Positions 37,901 to 49,127 of a stretch of 50,296 bases of DNA are shown here, piece by piece. Position 1 is the first letter of the stretch. Each line of letters begins with the position of its first letter. A model generated the notes under the pieces. The model was not told where the DNA came from and ran no database searches. It saw only the letters and a program-made list of their open reading frames with translations. Origin of the DNA: Catajapyx aquilonaris (Eukaryota); assembly GCA_000934665.2 (NCBI GenBank), contig JYFJ02002827.1, positions 1 through 50,296 of the forward strand. Direction: 5' to 3'. Made by a program: the position numbers and the translations under genes.

Positions 37901-40900
37901 CATAACCAGTATGCACCAACATTATAAATAATATACCTAATACCAAGCTACTACAATATAGTAATGTAATATTTAATGTTTTAATGATATTTTTGTCATA
38001 GTAGCCAGTAGCAGTAATATTGATGGTTGCAGTTATTTTCTAAATCACGCAGCTCTTTTCAACTGCTCAGCGACAGCGATTCATGTCCCATCACTACTAC
38101 TTGATCATGCCTTTACAGAACATGCGTCAGGTGTGCTTCAGGTAATTAATCGTCTATGTGTATGTATGTTTATATATACCGTACTATATATATAGACACA
38201 CACCCCCCCGTGATAGGCCTCCACGGGCTTTTTTTGGGGGGGTGGCACACCACCATCAGTTTTCTTATATTTTTTCTTCATCTCCGGTGCAAGGAATCAA
38301 GGACATTAGGTAAGGATATGGATTTTCGGGGAGGGGATACGGGTGCAGGTTCAATGACTCAAGTTTGGGCCATGTGCAGTCCCCCAGGAGGTTAGGTTGC
38401 CAGACACCTCCTTGGTACAGGACAGAGACCCTCCTGACACAGGTGAAAGGGAACTCCCCAGGCGGGGCGGGGGCTCGAACCTGGGGCCTTTCACTCAGCA
38501 AGCCGAGACGTGGTGCAGAAAACGCATATCCCCTGAGATAGTCCCACAATAATTTTGGCTGCCTCACCGTGCTGCGTATCTAATAACAACAGATCCCAAA
38601 ACAACCGGCAATAAATGGCATCAATTTTGATCTGATATTTTGTGACCTTAAACTAAAGAAATGTGCTGCCTTCAGCGATCGTTTTACTAAACCTAACTGT
38701 AGAGTACATCTTCCGAAAAGGCATATTCCCATACATCCTCGACTCGCATGCACTCGCATAGGCTAGCTATGTAGACCTAAATTATCAGCACACTTTCCGA
38801 CCAGGTTTTTCTATCTGCGCATAACAATTTGAAGAAGGGCGAATATCCATTAAATTTATTACACTTAAATAAATTTAATAATCTTCTAATAGTGACCGCC
38901 AAAGGAAATCGATGCATTGCTCCAAAGCAATCCAAAAATTTGAGCTTATACAGTGATAATACTGCGATTTGTGAGGGCGATTTTAAATTATTAGCTCTCC
39001 ACTAAAACTGAAATGGTCTAGTCGCCCTTTCTCCTTAATAGCGACGATATGTTGATTGGGTTTTGACCACTTCCAATAACTGAAAAATATTATTCAAAAA
39101 AGGCCCAATTTCCAAATTTTCGCGATTTTTTTCTCTCCCCACGGTATTTCGTAATTTAGCTGAAACTTGATATGCAGTGTTACGGCATAGGTTTGTACAG
39201 CTGTGATTCCCCCCCCCCCCAGCAAAATCCAAGATGGTGTAGCAACATTTCGGCCCAATTTATTGGGAAAAAACCCTTACATTTTGAAAATATGGTTTCT
39301 TGACTGCCCCGAAGTCAAAAACAAATTCCAGACAAAATGAATGGTCATTATGAGTTACGAGTGACCTAAGGAACATGGAAATAGAGATTAATTTCCATGC
39401 CGGACAGGAAAAAAAGTTGATTTTTGTTGCATAGTGCAATAATGGCAATAATTTACTTATAGGAATTAGGGCCCCAAAACGTGGGCCCGACTACCTGTTC
39501 ACTGCGGGAAAGAAAAATGTGTCTCATACTTGTGTATTAGCTCTTTCTTGGTTTCGAAGGAAAATGCGTCGTAATCAATCAAATGATTCCATCCAAAAAG
39601 AGCCAACAAAGTTGTGGTGCTCAGCACATCGGTAGTTCTGTTAATGGCAGCCATCTTGAATCCATAAAAATTTATAGCGTGGAGAATTTGGAGTACATCC
39701 TTGTAAGGGCTAATCAGCTGGTTGGCTCGATCAACAACGGAGCCATCTCTGTAACGGTGATTATATTAGTGTTATCAGTGGTATGCTCATCAAACGCATA
39801 ATAGAAAAGTACAAAGTGGCCAAAAAATCAGGATAGAGCCTGTACAGTACTAGTGTATTGCTGAGAGGGGAAGACTAGGACGCGTTTTATTCGTTTGATT
39901 GACGAGACGAATAAGTGAGGTGCCCATCGTTCCTGGTTGTACTGGTCAGGGTAACCTCCATGAGTGCCTCCCCCACCTAGAGAGGGTATGTCTCTCCGAC
40001 ATATTGGACCTAAATCAGATTGGATCTGCATGCAGTGAAAAAATGTCCTTGAAAAAAAAAATTTGGACGCTTGCCAATTTCCTATCCTCCAGCATGCAAT
40101 CTAGGTCTAATACGGACGCCCCATAAGGACTACGTGGAGACAATACCCTGGTTAGGGTGGGGGAGGCAACCATGTAGAGGACCCTGGTCCTGGTGAAGCA
40201 GCCTAACGTATTATTCTCATTGATTAAACATTTTTATGCACACTGTGCTATTATTTCGTGTTATTATATCCGTAGATAAAAAGGACACTGCACTTCCCCT
40301 CCCACGCCGATAATCCCTTCTGAAAATGACACCAACAACCTCGTCTGTACTTTTGGTGTTCCCACGAGAATTACATGTCCTTAGGCCTAAAGGTTAAAGA
40401 ATCAGCATGCTGCCAATAACCCACGTGTGAGGAAATTCAACGAACTTCGATATCTGGTTACCGTTACATACACCATTACGAATTTACGACACACATAGAT
40501 AAGAGCAAGTATCACAATCGGCCAACGCTGAAGATGCTTTGTCCTGGGCGAACATAATAAAATTCGTCCTCCCCATTGCAGCGGTTACATTTTCATTATG
40601 TATATTATCACCTTGTTTTTTTTCTGGATCACCTGGTTCACAATAAGTTATGAAGACAACTACTTATAATAGCAAGGAATGGGATGCCTGTGATATACTT
40701 CTGGTGCCTTTACACATGCCAGACACGCCCGAGACAAGGGTGGAATTTTCGTCGTACTATACTAGTTACTTCTAACTCAGCAGTACCAGTGTAGTAATGA
40801 CTTGCTCAAATAATGCAGACCTACATGTGTCCAGATTTTTTGGCCAGAAAATTGTTTTACCGATTTATGTGCAGCGGAGGCATCACCGCCAAATGGACGC

Positions 40901-41089
40901 ACATTGGCCAGGCTGTTTGGTCTATGGGCCAAAATTTAGTCTCATGTTAATAAATAACTGTTCACCACAAAAACCTCACGTAAAGAAATTGTCTATACTT
41001 GACTCACCTAGACTCATTATGACTAGTTTCGGCTTCGTATTGTCACAGCAGGAATAGGAGAAACCTGCTTTCAACTGAGCAGCCTCCAT
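31981..41089 (-). CDS. Magnesium-dependent phosphatase 1 (MDP1)-like HAD protein, probable pseudophosphatase, ~198 aa
   Basis: Minus-strand exons 41089-41008, 40921-40861, 39748-39530, 32745-32580, 32049-31981 (597 nt, phases 1,2,2,0). KPKLVIMSLDQTAWPMCVHLAVMPPL..DGSVVDRANQ..MAAINRT..LFGW..ETKK..VLFFDED..GMTMEALHMGLSAF aligns with recalled MDP1 (PKLAVFDLDYTLWPFWVD..DGTVRD..AASRT..IFFDDE..GMNL..L..GL..F). The last exon is the least certain. Confidence 0.82.
32274..32541 (-). mobile_element. tRNA-derived SINE with Deu/Nin-like central domain (family B)
   Basis: Minus-strand tRNA-like head (ggtcctgggatcaaatccc), then gtggttttctgtggtttccc...ccaggaaaattccgg...aggccacagccgcttccttcc, resembling the recalled Nin/Deu domain. 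Confidence 0.7.
33513..33958. repeat. AT-rich minisatellite (34-bp unit with longer variants)
   Basis: Unit aatatagttaacattgtaatgtctatcatattgt; 5' variants carry gtgactaat and aggcct inserts. Confidence 0.92.
34055..34210 (+). promoter_or_regulatory. Putative promoter / non-coding first exon of the zinc-finger gene
   Basis: CpG-rich patch with TGACGTCA (34059), YY1-like AAGATGGCG (34096) and donor AAG|GTGAGT at 34210. Confidence 0.55.
34674..37408 (+). CDS. C2H2 zinc-finger protein with acidic IKEE-rich N-terminus, ~428 aa, nested antisense in the MDP1-like intron
   Basis: Exons 34674-34940, 36320-36484, 36554-37408 (phase 0, 1287 nt). Eight intact fingers plus one degenerate; linkers HPGEKPH and HTGERPY. 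Confidence 0.88.
34991..36215. mobile_element. TA-flanked non-autonomous DNA transposon in zinc-finger intron
   Basis: TA|TGGGTGATTCTCCAAAAACTT ... AAGTTTTTGGAGAATCACCCG|TA. Confidence 0.8.
38203..38511 (-). mobile_element. tRNA-derived SINE (family A copy 2, A box missing)
   Basis: Colinear similarity to 13204-13511; B box GGTTCGAGCCC on the minus strand. Confidence 0.85.
39945..40190. repeat. Degenerate inverted repeat / old MITE
   Basis: tgcctcccccacct...agggtatgtctc pairs with gagacaataccct...ggtgggggaggca. Confidence 0.5.
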
Positions 41090-42334
41090 CACAAGCGACA
41101 AGGGTGCTCTCCGGACACAGAATATGATTTTTCCTACTGGCTTATAACTCTTGTAATCGGAGACGCCTCCACTGCTTTCTACTGAAAACATGAACCAGCC
41201 GCGCTCTAATATTAGGCGTATTCAGTAATTAGCGGAAAATCAGATTAGAGTCACGTGATGTCTGAGTTGCTGGCTCCGCCCGTTTAAGCTGATTTGCGAA
41301 CGGTTTGTTTGCAATAATATTTTCGAGGAAGGGCGGGTGGGTGGAGTGGCGTCTATTTCAAAAATTCCGCACTTCTGACCAGATAGTGCCGATATCGTGT
41401 TGGCCCATATTTTTGACGTTCCAAAATTAATTGTGGCGGTTATTCCATACGTATTACTACGTTTTAACATTGATAAATGTTAACAGTGACGACATCACTT
41501 GAATAAAATATAGACCTCACACTGCTTATTAAAATAGTCTGGTCTGCATTAATCAAATAGCCAAGAAGCGTTAGTCCATTTTCTCATTGCTGTCCTTAGT
41601 TCGACTTCAGTAGTGTTGCAGTTTGTAATAATTTGGCCCGCAACTTTCATTTAGAGAATGTTCCCTTGTCAGTGGGATCCAGCACGTGTTCATCGAATTA
41701 TTTTTATGCATTTTTCAGTCTCCACTAATCTTGGGAGTTTGTGGCAGATTCGAGTAGATTTGCCCAGTTCAAATCACAATAGTTAAAGGCACACAAGTGG
41801 TGAACTGGATATCGACTTGAAAAGACTTTTTAACATCACAATGACTATTACATCGTTTATTAAGACAAAATTGTCCTGTATGAGTGACAAAAAAAATTCA
41901 CGAAATTTGTTCAGCAAAAATGATGCCTTGTGAAATACCAGAGGCGCGTATTGGTTTTCTGACGGGTAGTTTGGTTGGCCCGCGCCTCCCTTGGGTTGGC
42001 TCCCCTGGGGTAGTAGCGGTTGGCGCGCTTGCGGAGGGGCCGCCCAGCGGGGGCATCGTGAAACAGGGAGAAGGAGAAAAAATTAATGGAACGTAAGAAT
42101 ATGTATACCAAATGCTGGCTTTTGAAGAGTGAGACAGTTTAGTATGAATTTTACCGTCAAATTAAAGTCAATCTCATAGCAGATTACTTGAAGCGGCTAC
42201 TTGTAAATGTCAAATTTAATAGCAGTTTAAGGTAGCAGCTTCTCAGAGGTAGCGACTACGAAGTAGCAGCTAAGCTACTTTCGTCCGATCATTGCTTCAG
42301 TGTTCAGTGTTCGGTGATCGTCTGGCAGTTGAAG

Positions 42335-43493
42335 ATGGAAGAGAAGGAGCCCTTGATCAGCACGGAGGAGTGCCCGGAGGAGGAGAAGGAGGAAACAATG
42401 GGTTGCATGCATTACAAAAGGAAATGCAAGCTCATTGTGAGTATTGTCAGAATGTATTTAGAATGTATGGGAATGTATGAGAACATTCAAATTGTTCCGC
42501 AGTCGCCATGTTGTGGACTCGTCTACACATGTAGATTTTGCCACGATGAACGTGAGGACCACACTTTGAACCGTCGGGATGTGCAGGAGGTTACCTGCAT
42601 GAAGTGTGAGGCTCGCCAGGAGGCACGGAGGGATTGCGAGAACTGCGGTTCTGTCTTTGGAGAGTACTTTTGCGCCTATTGCAAGCTGTTTGATGACATT
42701 GACAAGCAGCAATATCATTGCGATGGGTGCGGGATATGCCGCATCGGAGGCAGGGAGAATTTCTTCCATTGCGAGAAGTGCGATATGTGCCTCCCTGTGC
42801 AGCTCCAAAACAACCACAAGGTAATTGGCTGCTGTATGTATGAATAAACCGAGGGGTTAGTCACTTATGAAGTCCTTCGTACACCGAGACTGAAGTCCAG
42901 GTGAAGTCCAGCAGAACAAAGTTCGTGAGTCCTTGGAAGTCTGTGAAGTCAATCGTACACTACAGTATCAAGTGACTGACCCCTCAGAAAATATTATCAG
43001 TAGAATTGATATTAAATGTGCCATGTTTATGTTCCAGTGTATTGAGAAAGTGTCACGGTCTAATTGCACTGTGTGCCTGGAGGACATCCATACGTCCCGT
43101 ACACCCGCACACATTCCACCATGTGGACATCTTATTCACCGGAATTGCTTTGAGGATCTTCGCAAGGCAGGACATTACGCTTGTCCCACATGCCAGGTCT
43201 CCATGGTTGACATGTCAAGGGTATGTTTCATTACGCCAATGCAGGTCTTGGGACAGTTCAAACTAGATTCGTTGGTTCTTACAGATTTGGGCGCAGCTGG
43301 ATCATGAGATCCAGACGACACCAATACCGCCAGAGTGCCAGGACTACTGTGTCAACATCCTCTGTAGGGACTGCCATCAGGTAAAAGAAATGTGGTTGAA
43401 TGTGGCGTTGAGCGTTTTCCGTCCAAAATCAATGCCAGGTTTTTGTGTGTTATGATGAATATGGCTGTTTATAGGCATCCTAGATGGGGGGGG

Positions 43494-43526
<33 letters not shown>

Positions 43527-43928
43527 GGTGGGTGAAGTAAATTGTCTTCTGTCTGATTGAAATAGTTTCATCAGCTTTCATAGGATGTATCAAATGTAGT
43601 CCTGACGTTTGGCTCTTTTCAGGTGGTTTTGATAGAGTACCATGTGGTTGGTCTGAAGTGCAGCCTTTGCGGCTCGTACAACACATGCATGGAGGGAGCT
43701 CCGTACAGAGTACCAGGAAGAGGGACTGAGCAGTCAAACCATGGAGAAGTGGGCGAAGGAGGGGAAGGTGGCTCAAGGATGGACGCAAGCCCGTTGGTCA
43801 TCGATGAGAATGGCGAGGGTGAACAAGAGGATGATTACGAAGAATTTGCACAGGAGGTCAGCGAAGAGGAAGAAGGGGCTGTGGGTGGGGTTGTAAATGG
43901 AACCAGCAACGAGAACTCCGAATGTTAG
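42335..43928 (+). CDS. RCHY1: RING finger and CHY zinc finger protein (Pirh2), copy 1, ~334 aa
   Basis: Exons 42335-42436, 42503-42820, 43038-43220, 43285-43380, 43623-43928 (1005 nt). CHY (GCMHYKRKCKL..PCC..CRFCHD), CTCHY (YHCDGCGICRIGG), RING-H2 (CTVCLEDIHTS..PCGHLIH..C..CPTC), zinc ribbon (CRDC..YHVVGLKCSLCGSYNT), acidic tail. Confidence 0.95.
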
Positions 43929-44815
43929 TCTCAATCTTGGTGCACTGAGACTCTTGTAACTTATTCCAAAATTGGCAGCCTTTACCATGGTCTGCACTTA
44001 ATTTTTTCCAAAATACTCATATGGTGTCAAAAAAAAAAAAGTGGGATGGTAAATTGCAGTAGGCTGAACCATGGCTGTGTTAAAAAGAGATTGATGGATT
44101 TTAGATGGGTGGGGTATGGGGGAGAGAAATGCATTTCGTGTTTATGTGAGGTATCATAAAAAAATAAATTTAATCGATGTGTTAGGATTCATTTTCTGTC
44201 TGGATTTTAGGGACAGGATACAAATCACCATGTTATATGTTGCAATTTTTGAAGTGTTGAAATAATTTTAATTCCTTTGTAACATTGTGTTGTGCTGATA
44301 CCATCATCACATGGTGTGGAGTAATCATTACAAGCAGAATCTGTATGAGTAAGTTCTTCCCTTCATATTGCACTTCTTTATTTTGAACATTTATTTTTTT
44401 GGTATAAAAAATGGTCATTCAACATTGTTAATATCTCTCCCATTATGCTCCATCTCAATAAATTGCGCCTCAAAAAGCATTGTTTTAATGGCAGAAACAA
44501 ATGAGGACACTAAGTATGTTATCCTAATAGCCCCAAATTCCCTTCCTCCCAAAAAACTATGAAATAAAAAAAGAAGGTCCTAACAGTCTTGTGTTGTTTT
44601 GTTAGACAATAAAAAGTGACACCCTGAAAAGGCCGACAAATTAAATGTAGTGTTTCGCTACACTTAACTTGTCGGCCTTTTCTGAAAATCTTGTTCTATA
44701 TATGCTCTGCAATTGGAAGTGTTTCATACAAGCACGTGACCTGATATACCCTGGAACTCGTAGGGCTCGTAAGACACTGTATGTGCATCAAATACACAAC
44801 TCTCAATAATTGAAG

Positions 44816-45056
44816 ACCTCCGGGGAAGAACGATCAAGGTCCCCTTTTTGTCAAAAATGAGTTACAATATCTCAGAAGATACTTTCACTAGTGTAGAATG
44901 TGATAGTTCGGTCGTGGTTGAGGAGTTGTGGTCATAGGCCACAATGGAAGTCCCCAAAAGTGGGATTTACAAAGGAGCATTATGGGCCTTCGAAATTTAA
45001 AATTTGATTATCTCAGTTTCACCTAAGGTGGACCTTGATCGTTTTTCTCCCGAGGT
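44816..45056. mobile_element. MITE with ~27-bp imperfect IR
   Basis: acctccggggaagaacgatcaaggtcc / ggaccttgatcgtttttctcccgaggt. Confidence 0.6.
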
Positions 45057-45115
45057 TAATGATTTTGTTTTTCTTCACTTGACTACCTCAATAAAATGAT
45101 ATTTATTCATTTATT

Positions 45116-46397
45116 ATGCAGACGACATTATTTTACTTGGAGAGAATCCTCTATATCTACAGAAGATGATTGATGTTTTTTACAAATATACCTTACTCAA
45201 TCATATGGAAGTAAATATAACAAAGACTAAAGTGATGGTTTTCCGGCGAGGTGGTAAACTGTCCAGGTCAGACATATTTTTTGGGGGGCATCTGCCGTTG
45301 GATATCTAGGCGTCCCTTTCACGACGACGGTTAAGTTCCGTACTGCACCCACCTATTTTTTGAACAAGGCTATAACTGCGATTAACGCGCTTTGGCCCAC
45401 TTTAGTTAAAACTAAATTACGTACTATTAAATCAGCACTTAGAATTTCAGATGCCAAAATTTTGCCAATTATCCTTTACAATGCCCACATTTGGGGTTTG
45501 GCACACCTGGAGATCATAGATAAATTACAATAATTTTTTCTTAAAAAAGCTACTAAGCTTACCAAGATGTACCTCGGGCTATTTTGTGCATCTTGAAACT
45601 GGACGCAGACCACTCTCTGTTAATGTCTTTCGCCAATTATATAAATTTTTGATAACCAATTTGAATAGATCGGACAACACTTTGCAAAAACAAATTCTAA
45701 TGTATGCCATAGATGATGCTTGTCCTCACGAGAATGGTTGGTACCAGCCGGTTAATGATATGTTTAATTGCGCTGGTATATCCTTTCAAACTTGGTTAGT
45801 ACATAGAGATAAAATCAATTTCGTGGATCTCCTTACCACTCTTATTAGATGCACAGTAGATACTGACCTCAAACGCTTGGAAGATTCAACTTCTCGCTAC
45901 ACCCACTATAAATATATTAAACTTGATTACATGATGGAACAACATTTTCACTTGGGCCTCCCCCTCCCTGCATTACGTCTATTAACGAATCTGCGCAACA
46001 ATTCTAACACTTTTTGGTTAGATGGATATGTTGTTAGATTCGATGATATTCAGTTCTGTTCTCTTTGTAATGAATCCTCCTCCTTCTTTAACTTGCATCA
46101 CTTTCTTTACTCCTGTCGCTTTTTAAAAAATTGTAGACAGCGTTACCTAAGCGACATGCCTTCCGCGCCACCAAATAAATTCCATCATGTTTTCTGTGGC
46201 TGTTCTAAACCTGACATTCTTAACTTGTATAATTTTTTCACAGATGTAAATTATTGAAATTTTGTGATATTGTTTTGTAGAGTGCTCGGTTTGGACAACA
46301 TTTGTTATTTGTTAGTACTATATATGTGAGTCCCCCCCCTCCCTACTATGGAACGCCAGCTCCCTTTGGGGGGAGTATCAATAAATTTGATTTGATT
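45116..46397 (+). mobile_element. 5'-truncated, disrupted non-LTR retrotransposon (RTEX-like) with TSD
   Basis: YADDIILL..LQKMID..VNITKTKVMVFRRGG, YLGVPF, PIILYNAHIWG, LETGRRPL and C-terminal CSLC..HHFLYSC knuckle, with stops and frameshifts. AATAAA plus (TTTGA)n tail. TSD tgatatttattcatttatt at 45097-45115 and 46398-46416. Clade call tentative. Confidence 0.85.
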
Positions 46398-46881
46398 TGA
46401 TATTTATTCATTTATTCATTTATTCATTTATTCATTTATTTATTTTTCATTTACTGATTTACGGTATTACCCCGATGGGCACACAGTGGCCATTGCGGCA
46501 TTGGGGACACAGGATTGTAGGCTACTGTATATCACAAAATTGTACAATATAATGATACATGCATAGTATATATGCTATAAATTATGAATATAATAATCAT
46601 TATTACATATCATACTATTATGGTTTATTTTTTTTTACTTCTAAAGTAAGATTAACTAACTAATAGTCATTGCATGGCTATACATGCAAATGATTGAACG
46701 TGAATAGGTACAATAAATAAGAGCGGGATTCCGAAATATACTACTATTCTTGATGACGGCCATTTTTGGTGAATTAATTACGGGCTAATTAGAGCCTAAA
46801 AACTTTGGGCCTGGGGTTATTTACGTTCAGGAAGGGATGTAGTATCAGCACCGTAAATGGCATCTTCTCTGTCAGAAGTGC

Positions 46882-46937
46882 AATATTATTGTGACTTCCG
46901 ACCCCACTATAGTGGGGTCGGAAGTCACAATAATATT
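46882..46937. repeat. Perfect 56-bp spacer-less palindrome
   Basis: aatattattgtgacttccgaccccacta|tagtggggtcggaagtcacaataatatt. Confidence 0.95.
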
Positions 46938-46944
46938 TCAGTAC

Positions 46945-46968
46945 TGTTGCTGCTGCTGCTGCTGCTGC

Positions 46969-47049
<81 letters not shown>
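46945..47049. repeat. (GCT)n-(TAT)n microsatellite
   Basis: Directly visible. Confidence 0.95.
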
Positions 47050-47050
<1 letters not shown>

Positions 47051-47128
47051 GGTTTTGCACGGACGTTGACCCATCAGTAATAGCCTACTTAACTCAAGCT
47101 GGTGTGATATATACCCTAAGTTCAGATA

Positions 47129-48047
47129 TCTATATTTATATTTTAGTTAGTTTGTCAGTTTGGATGTTTGTCCCTTATAGAAATCCAGGGGAAGGCCCCT
47201 ACACCGCCTTAAATTAGCATATCGGGGGTTACATTTTCCAAGGAATCTAACGCCGTATGTTTCAGCTTCCAAAAATGAACCTAACTCCCACAACACGCAT
47301 ATTCCCGAATCTTCTCCCTACTTAACATAATTACATCAACTTCTATAGCAACAACAACAATTTATCTTTTCCCAAGTTCGCAATCCCATGGAAATGCCCT
47401 TATGCAACAATACCTATCAAAGTAATGCATTTGCATTGCATCTATATATCTTGCGCATCTTTTTTTTTTACAAGTCCCATCGCCGTAAATTATTCAACTC
47501 ATCCGCCAATTACGCTAATTGGCCCCCTCACGTGAGTTCATATGGTATGGTCATTCTGGGATTTTGTAGATTTGAAATTAGACTTCCCGACACAAATTAA
47601 TACAAAAAAAAATGATTTTTTTCTTTTAAATTACGCAGTGTTGAAAACAAAATTTCCCACCAGTCATCTGTATGTACATTTCTCAAGTTCTTCAGGGCAA
47701 ACAGTTGGAACGAGGTGGGGGTGTGAGGTGGGGTTGAGGGGTCATAGGGTCAAATATTCTGGGGAAAAAAACATGGCTGTGCAGTCTTTTCCTGGGACAA
47801 CTCCATCCCAATTCCTCTTTTTACACATCCATTCAGAATGTCTACATTGACTATACGCTATAACCAAAGCAGGCAATCTATCACAGATAGTGACAAACTT
47901 TGGCTTATTGTAACTTGGCCTTATTTTAAGGTGTATCGAGTTCCAGTGTACGGAACGCAAATTTGACAAACAAACAAACTTCCTAAAATATACCCGTACC
48001 TTTAACAGCATCCCAACATACCCGGGCAACGCCGGGTAACCTGCTAG
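47129..48047 (+). mobile_element. Full-length non-autonomous Helitron (~919 bp)
   Basis: A|TCTATATTTATA 5' end; 3' hairpin CCCGGGCAACGCCGGG followed by CTAG|T; second copy at 16293-16995. Confidence 0.9.
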
Positions 48048-48497
48048 TCACTCATATGCTCACTTTTTTATTTTCGAATAATTAAATCAACCTCGACAAT
48101 AATCGGCCCCGAGTTGGTGCAATACGCAGAGGATGATTGTCTTTACAACATATTAAAATTTGGAAAATTTTAATGTGGTTGTTTGAGAGGCGTAGTAACA
48201 CAAACTGCACTATTGCGACGAGAAGCAATGACCACGGGTAGGGTTTTGTATGTCCTCGTGTAACAGATTCCCTGCTCAACCTCTCGGATGGAGATGTACG
48301 GCATGAGACGGGGCTTGAGTGGGGCTTTCATTTGGTACGCATTGCATATTTTTAGTCCCAATAGGCGCCTCACAGTGACGGCGCAAAGATAGTCGGAATC
48401 CCCATAAGGCGCCACGCTAATTCGTATTCCCGCCTCCCTGCGCTTGCGCTTGATTGTAAACGGGAGGGGAGCGTCTACTGGTACATAATTACTAGTC

Positions 48498-48537
48498 TTA
48501 AGGCCATTTCACAAAAAATTTTGTGAAATGGCCTTAA
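48498..48537. repeat. 40-bp TIR-only palindrome (Harbinger- or Kolobok-like ends)
   Basis: ttaaggccatttcacaaaa-aa-ttttgtgaaatggccttaa; a related half-site (ttttgtgacatggcctt) lies at ~48833-48849. Confidence 0.8.
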
Positions 48538-49127
48538 TATTAATAAACACCTAATTACATAATTATTTTATAGTATCACTCGTGGTATCATTCTGGACTC
48601 TTGTGACCTCTAGCGTCAGACAGAGGAACTTGGGTTGAAAGCAGGGAGAGATAGTCAGAGGCGGAGAAAAAAAGTGGGTGCGTTTTACATCCGATTCGAC
48701 GTTATTCCGGTTCGACACTATTCCGGTCGNTGCAGCAAAATTTTTATTTATATTTATTATTGCCAACAATTGGCAACAATAAATATAAATAAAAAATTTG
48801 CCGCAAGTCGCGCCGTTTGCCGCGCGACATTTTTTTGTGACATGGCCTTTATTCCTTCGACACTATTCCATTCGACGTTATTCCTACGGTCCCAGTATAC
48901 CCATCGTCTTTCACAGCAGAGCAGCACAGTCACTGGCTGGCTTATTTCGTCGCTATGTTCGATTGTAGCAGATTACTTGAAGCGGCTACTTGTAAATGTC
49001 AAAATTAGTAGCAGTTTAAGGTAGCGGCTACAAAGTAGCAGCTACGCTACTTTCTTCCGATCACCACCGCTTCCCTTCCTCTTCTAGTGCTGATAGTCTG
49101 GCACACGGTCAGGTCTGGCAGTTGAAG

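Noticed and set aside
38512..39490. Transposon-like sequence in the MDP1-like intron
   Set aside because: No matching TIR pair or TSD could be identified by eye.
44624..44686. Hammerhead-ribozyme-like CTGAAAA plus stem
   Set aside because: Core is not CTGANGA and the stem is followed by TTTTC rather than GAAA; just a hairpin.
46857..47217. Poly-Leu / poly-Cys-Tyr ORFs
   Set aside because: Microsatellite translations.
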